Source: an uncultured Gammaproteobacteria bacterium | GTDB taxonomy: Bacteria > Pseudomonadota > Gammaproteobacteria > Steroidobacterales > BM003 | Length of the DNA stretch: 64,000 bases | NCBI GenBank assembly: GCA_963783695.1 | Contig: CAWAOM010000001.1 | Span: 289,938 to 353,937, forward strand | Reading direction: 5' to 3' | Shown here: positions 18,495 to 30,400 of the stretch, piece by piece | Numbering within the stretch: the stretch's first letter is position 1 | How the letters are laid out: each line of letters starts with the position of its first letter | The notes under the pieces: model-generated | What the model saw: only the letters and a program-made list of their open reading frames with translations | Told to the model about the DNA's origin: nothing | Database searches by the model: none | Translations under genes and position numbers: made by a program

Positions 18495-20093
18495 TCAGCG
18501 CCCTCTGTCACCCAGAATTTCGCGTGCGGCGTTGTGCCCGGGCAAGCCGGTCACTCCGCCACCGGGATGAGTTCCGGAGCCACACATGTAGAGATTTCTG
18601 ATCGGCGTCCGGTAGTTGCCATACCCCAGCAAGGGTCGGGCACTGTACAACTGTTCCATGCTGAGCCGGCCATGAAAAATGTCGCCGCCGACAAGCCCGA
18701 ACCTGGCCTCGAGATCGGCAGGCGACAGCATCATCTTGCCGACGATACTCGAGCGGAAATTAGGAGCGTATTCGGTGACCGTGTCGATTATGGTCTCGGC
18801 CGCGTCGTCACGGACCTCGTCCCAGTGTCTGCCGTCTGGCAGGTTTGGACTGAAATGCTGGCAAAACAGGCTGGCAACGTGTTGCCCCGGCGGTGCGAGG
18901 CTGTCATCGATCGTGCTGGGAATCAGCATTTCGACCACCGGCCGCTTCGAAAAGCCGTTCTTCCGCGCATCCTCATAAGCGTCGTGCATGTATTCGAGCG
19001 ACGGACCCATGATTATGCCGCCGCCATGATGGCGGCCCTGCTGGGTGCCGGGCAGGCATGAAAAGTCGGGTAGCTGTGACAGCGCCACGTTCATTCTGAA
19101 GGTGCCTGAACCGCAGCGGAAACCGCGGATCGATTCGATGAACTCCGGCGCCAATGCGGTATCCGGCACCAGATCCAGAAACAGCAGTTTCGGGTTTACG
19201 TTTGCTGCGACCCGGCGCGCCCGAAATACTTCACCGTCTCCGCTGCGGACACCGCACGCCTGCGAGTCCTCAACCAGTATTTGCGCAACCGGAGTCGAGG
19301 TGCGCAGTTCAACGCCGAGTTCGCGCGCTTCCGCGGCCATCGCCTGAGTAATCGCGCCCATGCCGCCAATGGCATGTCCCCATGCGCCCTGCTTGCCATT
19401 GACCTCGCCAAAGACGTGGTGGAGGAGGACGTAACCGGTGCCGGGGTGAAACGGGCTCGCGAAATTCCCGACGATTGCATCGAATCCGAACAGGGCTTGC
19501 AACGCCGGTGTTTCAAACCAGTCACCGAGAATCTCGCCGGCACTGCGCGACATCAATTCAAGAACCGATCGCTGTTGCGCGACGGTCAGGTTAAGCCAGC
19601 GCCGCCCGCTCTTGAGCGCACGCCAGGCGTCGATCAGTCCGCCACCCGCATTCGGTGGAGTTTCAAGCAAGGTCGCGCGCAGCAGCCCGACTACGCCGTC
19701 AAGCATCTCGTAGTAGCGCGGCAGCTGCGCGGCGTCCTTCCTCGAGAAATTCGCGACCTGCTCGATATCCGCGGCGGCGTCGGCGCCAAAGCTGAGGTGC
19801 CTGCCGTCCGGCAATGGCATGAAATTGGCCAGGGGACGTTCGACGATTCGCAGGCCATGCCTGGCGAGATGTAAATCGGCGATGACCTTCGGATGCAGCA
19901 GGCTAACCGTATAGCTCGCGACAGAGTTGCGAAAACCGGGATGAAATTCTTCGGTGACCGCTGCGCCACCCAGTATTTCCCGGCGTTCCAGTACCAGGAC
20001 CCGACGCCCGGCCCGGGCGAGATAGCAGGCGCAAACGAGGCCGTTATGGCCACCACCGACGATGATGACATCGTAAGGGCTGTTGTCTGACAT
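18495..20093 (-). CDS. FAD/NAD(P)-dependent oxidoreductase, phytoene desaturase (CrtI)-related family
   Basis: N-terminal Rossmann motif DVIIVGGGHNGLVCACYLARAG, 532 aa. C-terminal GSGTHPGGGVTG is typical of the CrtI-like family. Substrate unknown. Confidence 0.75.
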   Translation of the reverse strand: MSDNSPYDVIIVGGGHNGLVCACYLARAGRRVLVLERREILGGAAVTEEFHPGFRNSVASYTVSLLHPKVIADLHLARHGLRIVERPLANFMPLPDGRHLSFGADAAADIEQVANFSRKDAAQLPRYYEMLDGVVGLLRATLLETPPNAGGGLIDAWRALKSGRRWLNLTVAQQRSVLELMSRSAGEILGDWFETPALQALFGFDAIVGNFASPFHPGTGYVLLHHVFGEVNGKQGAWGHAIGGMGAITQAMAAEARELGVELRTSTPVAQILVEDSQACGVRSGDGEVFRARRVAANVNPKLLFLDLVPDTALAPEFIESIRGFRCGSGTFRMNVALSQLPDFSCLPGTQQGRHHGGGIIMGPSLEYMHDAYEDARKNGFSKRPVVEMLIPSTIDDSLAPPGQHVASLFCQHFSPNLPDGRHWDEVRDDAAETIIDTVTEYAPNFRSSIVGKMMLSPADLEARFGLVGGDIFHGRLSMEQLYSARPLLGYGNYRTPIRNLYMCGSGTHPGGGVTGLPGHNAAREILGDRGR

Positions 20094-20157
20094 GGCGCGG
20101 ATTCCGCTCTAGAAAAGCAGTTATTGTGACGCTCGGATGCGCGCCGTGCCAGTAGCG

Positions 20158-21243
20158 CTAGCGGGCAGCTGCAACTTCTTTGGCGATTTGCACTGTCTGC
20201 CCGGGCCGCAGACGCTCGCCACCACGGATCACTACCTGGTCGCCGTCGCTGATATTCCCGCGCACCTCGATCATTGTTCCGTTGCCAACCCCGGTCTGAA
20301 CCGGGATCTGCTCGACCTTGTTGTCTTCGACCAGCTTGAACAAATAGATATTGTCCTGGCGCAGGATCAGAGCGTCTCGTGGCACCGCAACGACTTCCGT
20401 GGCTTCGCTGCGCGGCAATTCGACCCGCACGGCGGACCCGATTACCCAGCTGTTCGGATCGAGCGCGACCCTTACCTCGATCATGCGCGACCGCTCGTCA
20501 CCAACGGGGATGACGGAACGGATCGTGTTTTCCGTGAAGTGACGCTGATCGCGCACCGTCACAGCCATATCCGCAAACAGATACGGCGCGACCGTCATGG
20601 GCGCGCGCGCCCGGACCTCGATATTGGTTGTGTCCACGAGACGAGCGATAGCACCACCGACGGAAATAAATTCGCCTGCCTGGGCCAGACGCTCGACAAT
20701 CTGACCTGAAAACGGCGCTCTGACCTGGGCCCGCTGCAGGCTGTAGAGAGTCTGCTCACGCGACACCCGGGCCTGTACCAGATCCTGCTCGGCCATCGCT
20801 TTTTGCGCGGTAGATTCGTCCAGTTGATTGCGCGCCGCGTTGTTTTGCCGTGCCAGTTGCTGCAGCCGGTCGAGCTGCTGGCTAAGGTAGACCAGATTGG
20901 CTTCGAGACGTTTGATGGTTGCATCGTCCTCCTGCAGTTGCAGCGAGAGCGCGCGATCATCGATACGGGCGATGACATCGCCGCTTTCTATCAGGTCACC
21001 CGGTTCCGCGACCCAGCTCAGCCGTCCGGAGATTTCGGCCGCAATCCGCGCATCGTTGCGGCTGACTACGGTTCCCGGGGCCTGTATGACTGAGGCCATG
21101 GACTGGCGCTGTGCCGCGTCGACGCGGACGGTCGGAGGCGGAGGCCCGTCCTGGGCAAACGCAGCCTGGCCGACCGCTACGGCGGCAACAACTAAACATG
21201 CCGCAAAGCGATAGAAATGTGTATTCATACGAGCAATTCCCAA
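20158..21243 (-). CDS. RND efflux periplasmic adaptor (membrane fusion protein)
   Basis: Signal/anchor sequence, lipoyl-like and coiled-coil hairpin region (LQLQEDDATIKRLEANLVYLSQQLDRLQQL), beta-barrel C-terminus. Adjacent to the RND permease. Confidence 0.85.
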   Translation of the reverse strand: MGIARMNTHFYRFAACLVVAAVAVGQAAFAQDGPPPPTVRVDAAQRQSMASVIQAPGTVVSRNDARIAAEISGRLSWVAEPGDLIESGDVIARIDDRALSLQLQEDDATIKRLEANLVYLSQQLDRLQQLARQNNAARNQLDESTAQKAMAEQDLVQARVSREQTLYSLQRAQVRAPFSGQIVERLAQAGEFISVGGAIARLVDTTNIEVRARAPMTVAPYLFADMAVTVRDQRHFTENTIRSVIPVGDERSRMIEVRVALDPNSWVIGSAVRVELPRSEATEVVAVPRDALILRQDNIYLFKLVEDNKVEQIPVQTGVGNGTMIEVRGNISDGDQVVIRGGERLRPGQTVQIAKEVAAAR

Positions 21244-21252
21244 TACCTTCGA

Positions 21253-24200
21253 TCAGGTTTCCAGTGCCTTGCCAACTTCGCCTGCCGGGCCCGCCGGCAT
21301 GATCTGTTTGGTTGCGGCGCCCTCTCCGAGCCGGAGCAGCGTCGGCAACAGCAGCAGGGTGAAAATCGTGCTGACTGACATACCGCCGACGATGACGACG
21401 GCGAGGCCACGATAGATCACGCTGCCGGCACCCGGCATCAGTACCAGCGGCAGCATCCCGAAGATGCTCGTCAGTGTACTCATGAATATCGGGCGCAGTC
21501 GAACTTGCAACGCATGCGAGACCGCATCACGCCGGGTCATGCCGCCGCGCTCGGCCATACGTGTCTGATGGACCAGCAGGATCGCATTGTTGACCACGAG
21601 GCCCATCAGGATGATGAAACCGATCATCGTCAACAAATCCATTGGCTGAAAGCTGAACGTGTTCAGTATGCGCAGTGCCGCGACGCCGCCGACCGTGGCG
21701 AGAGGCAGCGCCAGGAGTACCAGAAGACTGTCGCGCATCGAGCGGAACAGGGCGCTCATCAGCAGAAACAACACCATTATCGCGAGCAGGAAGTTCTCCG
21801 ACATATTCGCGATTGCAGACTTCAGCGCGCTTGCACTGCCACCGTACTGGATCGTGCCATCCGCCGGCAGCAGCGGTTTCAGCTCGGGTTCAACTTCTTT
21901 CTGCAGGATCTCGATCGCCTCTTCCAGCGACAGATCCTCCGGCGGCGTAACGTTCAGCACGACGCTGCGACGGCGGTCGATCCGCAGAATCTGGCTCGGT
22001 CCAACCGTGCGCTGGATATCCACCAGTTCTCCGAGTGGCAGGACACCACCCAGCGGGGTGGCCAAAGGCACCGCTTCAAGTTCGTCCGGATCGGCCCACG
22101 GTTCCGCGCGGAGGATGATGTCCATGCGTTTCTCGCCGTCGAAGTACTCGCCGACCCAGACACCGTCGCCTAGACTGCGCACGACGCTGGACAAGGTCTC
22201 GCGTGTCCAGCCTGCCTCGTTGATACGCTGATCGTCCGGAGTCAGGCGTAGTTCGGGTTCGGCGAGTTCCGTGCCGGGCCGTGGCTGGACCCGTGACCCG
22301 GGCAGTTTTTGCTGCACGATGCCCATGCCCTGGCGGGCCGCGTCTAGCAGGGCGCCGGTGTCGGTGGCCTGCATCACCATGGAAATATTGCGGCCGCCGC
22401 CAAAGCCGCCAAACAGATTACCCTGCATCACGAAGGCAAACGTATCAGGGAGACCGGCCACCACCTCGTCACGGATGATCGCCTCGAGTTCCTTGACCCG
22501 GGTCTGGTCCTTTGCGCGGACCCCGATAGTGCCGCCGTTTGGCCAGACTATGATGTAGTAGTTCTTCAGCGCCGGTTCTTTCTCGCCGCTCATGTACGGC
22601 TGCAGCCGGTCGACCATGACCTTTACGATTTCGTCTTCGATCAGATCCGTATTGGCGCCGGGCGGAAACTGGAAGAACCCGTCGACCGCATCACGCTTGA
22701 CCGGAGGCAGATAGTCCATCCGCGGGACCAGGGTCAGCGTCACCAGAACGGGTGTCCCCATCAGGACGAGGATCGTCAGCCAGCGCCGGGGCGGTGTGTC
22801 GGTCAGGCGTAAAATTGCCGCCGCCATTCGCTGCCAGGCGTTTTCATGGCGATCCTTGAGGTGTTCGGAGTCGAGCCACTTCGATGCCGCCGTCGGCAGT
22901 ACCGTCACCGCGACCAGCAGGGAAATGCTGACGGCAATTGCGATGGTCAGGGCGAGATCGGCAAATAATTGTCCCTCGACATCTTTAAGGAAAATCACCG
23001 GCAGGAAGATCGCGACGGTCGTGGCGGTCGATGCCACCAGCGCGCCGAGAACCTGGGCCGTGCCCTCGGCTGCCGCGTCGAGCGCGCCGCGGCCCTGTCC
23101 GCGAAGGCGGACGATGTTCTCGAGGACGACGATCGCCGCATCGAGCACCATGCCGACCGCGAACGCGAGTCCGGCCAGCGAGATGATATTCAGCGTGCGC
23201 CCGGTCAAATAAAGGACCACGAAGGTGGACAGCAGCGAAATCGGTATCGCGGTGGCCACGAGCAGGGTTGCCCGCCATTGCCGCAGGAACCACCACAGCA
23301 CCCCGACCGCCAGCAGAACGCCTATCACCAGATTGCTGGTGACGAGTCCGACCGCACGCTTGATGAATACCGATGCATCGAATGACTGCTGGATGGAAAG
23401 ACCGAGTTGCTGCAATTGTTGTTCGCGGACTTCCTCCACGGCCGCCTTGACCGCTGTCAGGGCTTGTAAGGCATTCGCGCCGGATTCCTTAAAGATCTCA
23501 ACGCCCATGGCCGGGTTGCCATTCTGGATCGAGAAATTGGCACGGTCGCCGCGGCTGACGCTGATGTCGGCAATGTCGCCGAGCCGCACTGGTCTACCGT
23601 CACGCCACTCGAGGATCAGTTCGGACAATTGATCGGGTGTATAGCGACCGGCAAAACGCAGCGTGTACTGGCGTCTTCCGACCTCGACGAATCCGCCGGA
23701 CACGTCGTTGGCCCGGCCGGCTATCGATGCGACGGTAGGAATCTGGATACCGAGCTCGGCGGCGCGGTAGGGATCGAACACGATTTGCAGCTGCTCGTCC
23801 TGGCCGGCACGGATTTCGACGCCGGCTACGCCGGGAATACTCTCGAGCCTGGGCTTGAGAATGTCTTCGATGACGCGCTGGTAACTCTCGATCGGACCAG
23901 CCGTGCCAGGTAGCAACTGGACGAAGAACCAGGTCAGCGTTTCATTGGTGCCGCCACCCCAGCCGGCCCCAAGGCGTACTGACGGCGGTGTGGCGTCGCG
24001 CGGCAATGGCTGCAGGCGATTGATCCGGCTGATGACATCGATAAGCGTTTTCTGCATATCGGTGTCGAGTCCGAAACGCATATTGATCCAGGAAAAGCCC
24101 TTGTTCGCGCCGGCGCTCATTTCCTTCATACCGGGCAGGCCCTGCAGGACCTCTTCGATCGGCTCGACCAGTTCCGATTCGACTTCGCGCGGCGAGGCGG

Positions 24201-24357
24201 CGCGCCAGCCGGTCTGGACCGACATTTCCGGTTCGTCGATATTTGGAAACAGCTGCACCGGGAGCTTGTTGAGGCTGTAAAGCCCGAAGAACACGATGAT
24301 TGCGACAACGACGGCTATCCCGGCCGGGTTGCGTAGGGAATTGATCGTGAGACTCAT
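21253..24357 (-). CDS. RND family efflux permease (AcrB/AcrD/AcrF superfamily)
   Basis: 1034 aa with 12-TM plus two large periplasmic loops. N-terminus ...IAVVVAIIVFFGLYSLNKLPVQLFPNIDEP is typical. Confidence 0.9.
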   Translation of the reverse strand: MSLTINSLRNPAGIAVVVAIIVFFGLYSLNKLPVQLFPNIDEPEMSVQTGWRAASPREVESELVEPIEEVLQGLPGMKEMSAGANKGFSWINMRFGLDTDMQKTLIDVISRINRLQPLPRDATPPSVRLGAGWGGGTNETLTWFFVQLLPGTAGPIESYQRVIEDILKPRLESIPGVAGVEIRAGQDEQLQIVFDPYRAAELGIQIPTVASIAGRANDVSGGFVEVGRRQYTLRFAGRYTPDQLSELILEWRDGRPVRLGDIADISVSRGDRANFSIQNGNPAMGVEIFKESGANALQALTAVKAAVEEVREQQLQQLGLSIQQSFDASVFIKRAVGLVTSNLVIGVLLAVGVLWWFLRQWRATLLVATAIPISLLSTFVVLYLTGRTLNIISLAGLAFAVGMVLDAAIVVLENIVRLRGQGRGALDAAAEGTAQVLGALVASTATTVAIFLPVIFLKDVEGQLFADLALTIAIAVSISLLVAVTVLPTAASKWLDSEHLKDRHENAWQRMAAAILRLTDTPPRRWLTILVLMGTPVLVTLTLVPRMDYLPPVKRDAVDGFFQFPPGANTDLIEDEIVKVMVDRLQPYMSGEKEPALKNYYIIVWPNGGTIGVRAKDQTRVKELEAIIRDEVVAGLPDTFAFVMQGNLFGGFGGGRNISMVMQATDTGALLDAARQGMGIVQQKLPGSRVQPRPGTELAEPELRLTPDDQRINEAGWTRETLSSVVRSLGDGVWVGEYFDGEKRMDIILRAEPWADPDELEAVPLATPLGGVLPLGELVDIQRTVGPSQILRIDRRRSVVLNVTPPEDLSLEEAIEILQKEVEPELKPLLPADGTIQYGGSASALKSAIANMSENFLLAIMVLFLLMSALFRSMRDSLLVLLALPLATVGGVAALRILNTFSFQPMDLLTMIGFIILMGLVVNNAILLVHQTRMAERGGMTRRDAVSHALQVRLRPIFMSTLTSIFGMLPLVLMPGAGSVIYRGLAVVIVGGMSVSTIFTLLLLPTLLRLGEGAATKQIMPAGPAGEVGKALET

Positions 24358-24544
24358 TGCAGGCCATCCCTCTGGTGACTGTCGGTCTTGGACAGCCGTA
24401 TAACTTTATATTGTTTTAGTTAGCGTGTTGTGCGCCGGCCTGTTTCAGGCCTTCCTGTGCAGACTTGGTTGAATACGAAAAGTTCAAGCGATGTTCTGTG
24501 CTTAGATGCGACAGGCGGCAAATTGGTTGCAGTCGGGCAAGAGC

Positions 24545-24572
24545 TTGCCCCGAAACTTTTCCTGTATATAAT
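24545..24572 (+). promoter_or_regulatory. Putative sigma-70 promoter of lexA (TTGCCC-16 nt-TATAAT)
   Basis: Hexamers read directly. The -10 hexamer lies inside SOS box 1. Confidence 0.5.
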
Positions 24573-24593
24573 GACAACTGTTTTTATATACAG
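24562..24593. promoter_or_regulatory. Two abutting LexA operators (SOS boxes)
   Basis: Box 2, CTGTTTTTATATACAG (24578-24593), is a perfect CTGT-N8-ACAG. Box 1, CTGTATATAATGACAA (24562-24577), is a weaker copy. Both lie 11-42 bp upstream of the lexA ATG. Confidence 0.85.
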
Positions 24594-24603
24594 GTGTATT
24601 CTT

Positions 24604-25221
24604 ATGCAGGAACTGACACCCCGCCAGTCGCAGGTACTGGCTTTCATCCGTGATTTTATCGTCGAGCAGGGAATGCCGCCGACCCGCGCGGAGATTGCAC
24701 GTGCGCTGGGTTTCAAGTCGGTCAATGCCGCTGAAGAGCATCTTCGTGCGCTGCAACGCAAGGGTGCGATCGAACTGATTTCCGGCACTTCCCGTGGCAT
24801 TCAGCTCAAAGACGCGTTGCGCGAGCAAATAGGGTTACCCCTGGTGGGCCGGGTGGCGGCCGGTCATCCCATCCTGGCGGAGCAACATATTGAGGCGCGT
24901 TATCAGCTCGACCCGCATCTGTTCAGCCCCAAACCGCATTATCTGCTGCAGGTAAAAGGCATGAGCATGCGCGACGCCGGCATCCTGGATGGTGACCTGG
25001 TGGCGGTGCACCGGACTCCCGACATCCGCAATAGCCAGATCGTGGTTGCGCGTCTGGACGATGAAGTAACCGTCAAGCGCTATCGCCAGGAAGGCAAGCT
25101 GGTCTGGCTGTTACCGGAGAACCCGGATTTCGCACCGATGCGGCTGGATCTGGCGGAGCAGCCTCTGATTATCGAAGGGGTTGTCGTTGGGGTTGTGCGG
25201 CGGGGTGCCGGACTGCAGTGA
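24604..25221 (+). CDS. lexA: LexA SOS repressor
   Basis: [37 protein letters not shown]..., Ala-Gly cleavage site (VAAGHP), Ser (GMSMRDAGI) and Lys (VKR) of the protease dyad. Start moved to 24604. Confidence 0.93.
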   Translation: MQELTPRQSQVLAFIRDFIVEQGMPPTRAEIARALGFKSVNAAEEHLRALQRKGAIELISGTSRGIQLKDALREQIGLPLVGRVAAGHPILAEQHIEARYQLDPHLFSPKPHYLLQVKGMSMRDAGILDGDLVAVHRTPDIRNSQIVVARLDDEVTVKRYRQEGKLVWLLPENPDFAPMRLDLAEQPLIIEGVVVGVVRRGAGLQ

Positions 25222-25841
25222 AACCGCTTCCCCAGGCACTTCTCGATCAGGCCGGTTTGTGGCGTGCCCGTAATGGCGCTCAGCGGGTAGCCACGATTGC
25301 CACCGGCTACCCCGAACTGGATGTGCAATTGCCCGGCGGTGGCTGGCCTCTGGGCGCGCTGACCGAGTTGATTGTCGGGCATTACGGGATTGGTGAGCTG
25401 AGATTGTTTTTGCCGGCACTATCCGCATTGAGCCGTCAGTGTGACCGCAGGCTGATGTGGGTTGCGCCACCGCATGAGCCTTATGCGCCGGCACTTGCTG
25501 CGGCGGGTCTGGATCTCTCCCGGCACCTGGTGGTGCGGCCGGAGCAGCCGCGCGACGTTCTGTGGGCTGCCGAACAGGGCCTGCGCTCCGGGTGTTGCGC
25601 GGCGGTACTGTTATGGACAGAACGCCTGAGTGGCAGGGAAGCACGCCGTTTGCAGCTGGCCGCCGAGTCGGGTGCGGCCTGGGGGCTGGTCTTTCGTCCA
25701 CCCGCAGCGGCGCGGGAGCATTCGCCAGCCGCCCTGAGGCTGGAGATAAGTGTCAGCAGTGGTGAGCGCTGCCTGCGTATCCTGAAAGCCCGCGGTGGGC
25801 GGCCTGCGGTGTTGGGTGGCCTGCAATGGCTGGCCCATTGA
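25218..25841 (+). CDS. imuA: ImuA (SulA/RecA-like translesion-synthesis accessory protein)
   Basis: GTG start overlapping the lexA stop (GTGA). [24 protein letters not shown] motif is typical of ImuA. Context lexA-imuA-imuB-dnaE2. Confidence 0.85.
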   Translation: MKPLPQALLDQAGLWRARNGAQRVATIATGYPELDVQLPGGGWPLGALTELIVGHYGIGELRLFLPALSALSRQCDRRLMWVAPPHEPYAPALAAAGLDLSRHLVVRPEQPRDVLWAAEQGLRSGCCAAVLLWTERLSGREARRLQLAAESGAAWGLVFRPPAAAREHSPAALRLEISVSSGERCLRILKARGGRPAVLGGLQWLAH

Positions 25842-25871
25842 TCCGGCCCGGCACAGGGAAGTCGCCAGGTC

Positions 25872-27425
25872 ATGAGTCGCTTACAGGAAAAGTCCCTCCC
25901 GCTTTTTTCTCTTGCCGATGAACCGCCGCTAAAACCGGTCCACGATGCAGTGCCGGCTTCACCGTTCGCGCGCCCCGCGCCGAGACCGGTATTGTGGCTG
26001 GCGGTGAACCTGCCGCGTCTCGGCCTTGAGGTGTTCGGTCACAACGACGAACCGCTGATTGTCATAACCGGGCAAGGTGCTGCGCGCCGGGTGTGGATAC
26101 CTAACGCTGCCTGCATGGCTGCCGGCATACGTCCCGGCATGAGTCTCAATGCCGCGTTTGCATTGTTGCCGGATTTGCGGGCGGCGGAACGTAGCCCTTT
26201 ACGTGAACAACAGGCGCTGGAGCAAATTGCCATCCGGCTTGGGCGGTTCAGTCCTCGTGTCAGTTGTGACGCTGCCGATATGGTGTTGCTGGAAGTGCAG
26301 GGGAGTCTGCGATTGTTCGGCGGGGTGGAGCGACTGTGTAGCGATGTACGGGCAGTTCCTGGCGAGTTTGGATATACGACGCGGCTGGCACTCGCGCCCA
26401 CGCCGCTTGCAGCGGCATGGCTGGCCCGCGCCGGCGAAGGCAAACCGGTTCTGGAAACCGCGCAATTACCGGGACGGCTCGGTCGAGTGCCTTTGTCATG
26501 TCTCGACTGGCCAGAACCTTTGCTCGACACGCTGGCAGGCATGGGGGTTTACACGCTGTCCGATTGCCTGCGTTTACCGCGCGATGGTTTTGCCCGTCGT
26601 TTTGGCCAGCAGCGTCTCGACATGCTTGATCGGGCGCTGGGCCGGCAGGCCGATCCGCGCCAGGCTTTCATGCCGCCGGCCTGTTTTGCGGATACGCTCG
26701 AGTTCGATTTCGAGGTGCATACCGCATCTGCGCTGGCACCCTGGATCGGTTGTTTGCTGAGCCGGCTGCAGAGGTTTCTTCTGCCGCGGCAGTTGGCGGT
26801 GGAACGTGTCATCTTCGAGGTAGTACATACCGGTCATCCGCCAACACGCCTGCCGCTGGGGCTGGCGAGTCCAAGTTGCGATGGCGCCTATATTGGCGGG
26901 CTCATGGCGGTAATCCTGGAGCGTCTTGTATTACCGGCACCGGCCACTGCATTGCGTTTGCGCAGCGGAACGCCACTACCGTTGCGCCAGGACAGCGCCG
27001 GTCTTTTCGATGCCGATCCCGATCAGCCGGCAGACCGGCACGGATTACGCGAACTGGTCGGGCGGTTACGGGTCCGCCTCGGTGAGGCCGCGGTATACGG
27101 TACGCACCTGGTCGCCGAGCATCGTCCCGAGGTGGCGTGGCGGCGGGGCGGGAGCAGCAGCGCTGCTGTGGTTCCTGTCTCCGCTATGCGTCCTACGTGG
27201 ATGCTCGATGTGCCGAGAGCGCTTGAGATCGTGCGGGAACAGCCCTGGTATCGTGGCCGCCTGCAGATCGAGAGTGGTCCCGAGCGTATCGAAACGGGCT
27301 GGTGGGATGCTGCACCGGTAAGTCGGGATTACTACATAGCCGCCAATCCCTATGGCGCCCGGTTGTGGATTTATCGCGAACGCCGTAAAACGCCGCGCTG
27401 GTTCCTGCACGGGGTTTTCGGCTGA
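25872..27425 (+). CDS. imuB: ImuB (Y-family DNA polymerase-like protein)
   Basis: [15 protein letters not shown]-terminal motif, 517 aa, between imuA and dnaE2. Confidence 0.88.
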   Translation: MSRLQEKSLPLFSLADEPPLKPVHDAVPASPFARPAPRPVLWLAVNLPRLGLEVFGHNDEPLIVITGQGAARRVWIPNAACMAAGIRPGMSLNAAFALLPDLRAAERSPLREQQALEQIAIRLGRFSPRVSCDAADMVLLEVQGSLRLFGGVERLCSDVRAVPGEFGYTTRLALAPTPLAAAWLARAGEGKPVLETAQLPGRLGRVPLSCLDWPEPLLDTLAGMGVYTLSDCLRLPRDGFARRFGQQRLDMLDRALGRQADPRQAFMPPACFADTLEFDFEVHTASALAPWIGCLLSRLQRFLLPRQLAVERVIFEVVHTGHPPTRLPLGLASPSCDGAYIGGLMAVILERLVLPAPATALRLRSGTPLPLRQDSAGLFDADPDQPADRHGLRELVGRLRVRLGEAAVYGTHLVAEHRPEVAWRRGGSSSAAVVPVSAMRPTWMLDVPRALEIVREQPWYRGRLQIESGPERIETGWWDAAPVSRDYYIAANPYGARLWIYRERRKTPRWFLHGVFG

Positions 27426-30400
27426 TGCAGCCCGATTATGCGGAGTTGCATGCGCTCAGTAATTTCACGTTCCTGCGTGGTGCCTCGCATCCGGAGGAAC
27501 TCGTTACCACCGCCGCGGCACTCGGTTATCGTGCGCTGGCGCTGACCGATGAATGCTCGATGGCCGGAATCGTGCGTGCACACGGCGCAGCGCGCTCACT
27601 CGATTTGCAGTTGATCGCCGGCAGCGAAATGCGACTGACCGATGCGACCAGGCTGGTGGTGCTGGCAACGAACCGGCAGGGATACGCTGAACTTTGTCGC
27701 CTGATTACACTGGGACGCCGCGCTGCGGAGAAAGGCGAATACACGCTGTGTCGTGATGACTTCGCCACGGGTTTACCGCATTGCCTGGTATTGTGGTTGC
27801 CGGGCATGCAGCCGGAAATGCAGACCGGCGCCTGGGTGGCGGAGCAGTTCCCGGGGCGCAGCTGGCTTGCCGTCGAGCTCCTCGCCGGCGGGCGCGATTG
27901 CAGTGACTGCCGGGTGCTCGACAGTCTCGGCCGGCGTCTCGGTCTGCCGCGTGTTGCCGCGGGCGATGTTCACATGCATCGGCGTTCTCGCCGCGCTTTG
28001 CAGGACACCCTGACCGCGATACGTCTGAAAACGACTCTGGATGGTGCCGGTTTCGCGCTATATCCAAATGGTGAGCGCCATCTGCGCGCGCGCCGCAGGC
28101 TCGCGCAGCTGTATCCGCGGGAGATGCTCTCTGAGACGCTGCATATCGCCGAACGCTGCAACTTTTCCCTCGATGAGTTGCGCTATGAATATCCGTGCGA
28201 GCTGGTTCCCGAAGGGCAGACACCCGCAACTCATCTGCGTCTTCTGACCGAGGAGGGCATGCGCAGGCGCTGGCCGGACGGGGTCACCGATAAGGTAAAG
28301 CGCATGATCCGGCACGAACTCGGATTGATCAGCGAACTCGCCTATGAACCGTATTTTCTAACGGTCTACGATCTGGTCCGGTTTGCCCGCAAGCATCGCA
28401 TTCTTTGCCAGGGACGGGGTTCGGCCGCCAACTCGGCTGTCTGTTTCTGCCTCGGTATCACCGAGGTTGACCCTGCCCGTATGGCGACCCTTTTCGAACG
28501 ATTTATCTCGCGCGAACGTAACGAACCACCCGATATCGATGTCGATTTCGAGCATGAAAGACGCGAAGAGGTTATCCAGTACATCTACCAAAAATACGGC
28601 CGCGAGCGGGTCGCGCTGACGGCGACCGTGACAACATACCGTGCCAAGAGCGCGGTGCGTGATGTCGGTAAGGCACTTGGTCTCGATCCGATACAGGTCG
28701 ACAGACTGGCGCGGGCGATGCGCTGGATTTCCGATACCGATGTCGACGAACAGCGTATCCGCGAAGCGGGTTTCAGTCCTGACACAGCGGTTATCGCGCG
28801 CCTGCTCAGGCTGGTCCGTGAACTTATGGGTTTCCCGCGTCATTTGTCCCAGCATGTCGGTGGCTTCGTATTTTCGGCGGGGCCGCTGTATGAGCTGGTG
28901 CCGATAGAAAATGCCGCGATGCCCGAGCGTACCGTTATCCAGTGGGACAAGGACGATCTGGATGAGCTGGGTCTGCTGAAGGTCGACGTGCTGGGTCTCG
29001 GCATGTTGTCGGCGATTCGCCGCAGTTTTGATCTGATAGCAGCGCATCGCGGGAAACGCTGGAGTCTGGCCACGGTACCGGCCGAGGATTCTGCGGTTTA
29101 CGACATGATCGGTCGTGCCGATACCGTTGGCGTTTTTCAGATTGAGTCGCGCGCGCAGATGGCGATGCTGCCGCGTCTGAAGCCTCGTTGCTATTACGAC
29201 CTGGTCATCGAGGTGGCAATCATTCGGCCCGGGCCGATACAGGGCGATATGGTCCATCCCTATTTGCAACGCCGCAATGGTGAAGAACCGGTGACTTATC
29301 CGAGCCCGGAAGTCGAAGATGTACTGGCACGCACGCTGGGTGTGCCGATCTTCCAGGAGCAGGTCATGCAGCTTGCCATTGTGGCGGCCGGGTTCAGTGC
29401 CGGTGAGGCGGATCAGTTGCGCCGAGCGATGGCCGCATGGCGCCGCCGCGGCAGTCTCGGCCCGTTCGAAGACAGGCTGATCAGTGGCATGGCGGAACGC
29501 GGTTATAGCGAAAGTTTCGCGCGACAGATATTCAACCAGATACAGGGTTTTGGCGAATACGGATTTCCGGAATCGCACTCGGCAAGTTTTGCGCTGCTCG
29601 TTTATGTGTCGTCATGGCTCAAATGCCATGAGCCCGCCGCATTTACCTGTGCGTTGATAAACAGCCAGCCGATGGGTTTCTATGCACCGTCACAACTGGT
29701 GCAGGACGCGCGTCGGCACGGCGTCGAAGTGCGCCCCGCGGATGTCTGCGACAGTGACTACGACTGTACACTCAAGCCGTCCCTGCAGACGCAGCCGGCG
29801 ATACGCCTGGGTTTGCGCCTGGTCAAGGGATTATCGGCGGACAGTGCCCGGCGCATTGCAACGGCACGTCAGTGCCGGGCGTTTGCCAGTACCCAGGACC
29901 TGGTGGAACGGGCCGGGCTTGGGCGTCGTGATCTGAACGCGCTGGCCGCGGCCGATGCCTTGCGTGAACTGGCGGGACATCGGCATCGCGCAAGGTGGGA
30001 AGTGCTGGGTGTGGAACCGCCCACACCTTTGTTACCGCGGCCACGTATTGCCGAGGCGGAGCCGATGTTGCGAGCGGCAACTGAAGGTGAGGATATCGCC
30101 GCTGATTACAATCGTCTTGGCTTGTCCCTGCGCCGGCACCCACTGGCCTTGCTGCGGACGTTGCTGCGGCAGAGAGGGATGTCGACAGCGCAGGAACTGG
30201 CCGTGCTGGCAGACGGCGAGTCGGTCATTACTGCCGGGGTGGTCATCACCAAGCAACGCCCGGGCAGCGCCAAGGGAGTGACCTTCGTTACGCTCGAGGA
30301 CGAAACTGGCCATGTGAATGTCATTGTCTGGCGCAAGCTTGCCGAGCGGCAACGAAAAACGCTGTTGGGTGCACGGTTGATGGGGGTGCGCGGCAAATTG

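Noticed and set aside
24358-24603. N-terminal extension of LexA (ORF-track start 24430) and minus-strand ORFs across the lexA/RND intergenic region
   Set aside because: The extension would translate through the promoter and SOS boxes. Canonical LexA begins at MQELTPRQ (24604).
28358-29578. 406-aa minus-strand ORF inside dnaE2
   Set aside because: It is an antisense shadow ORF. The plus frame carries the conserved Pol III alpha core.
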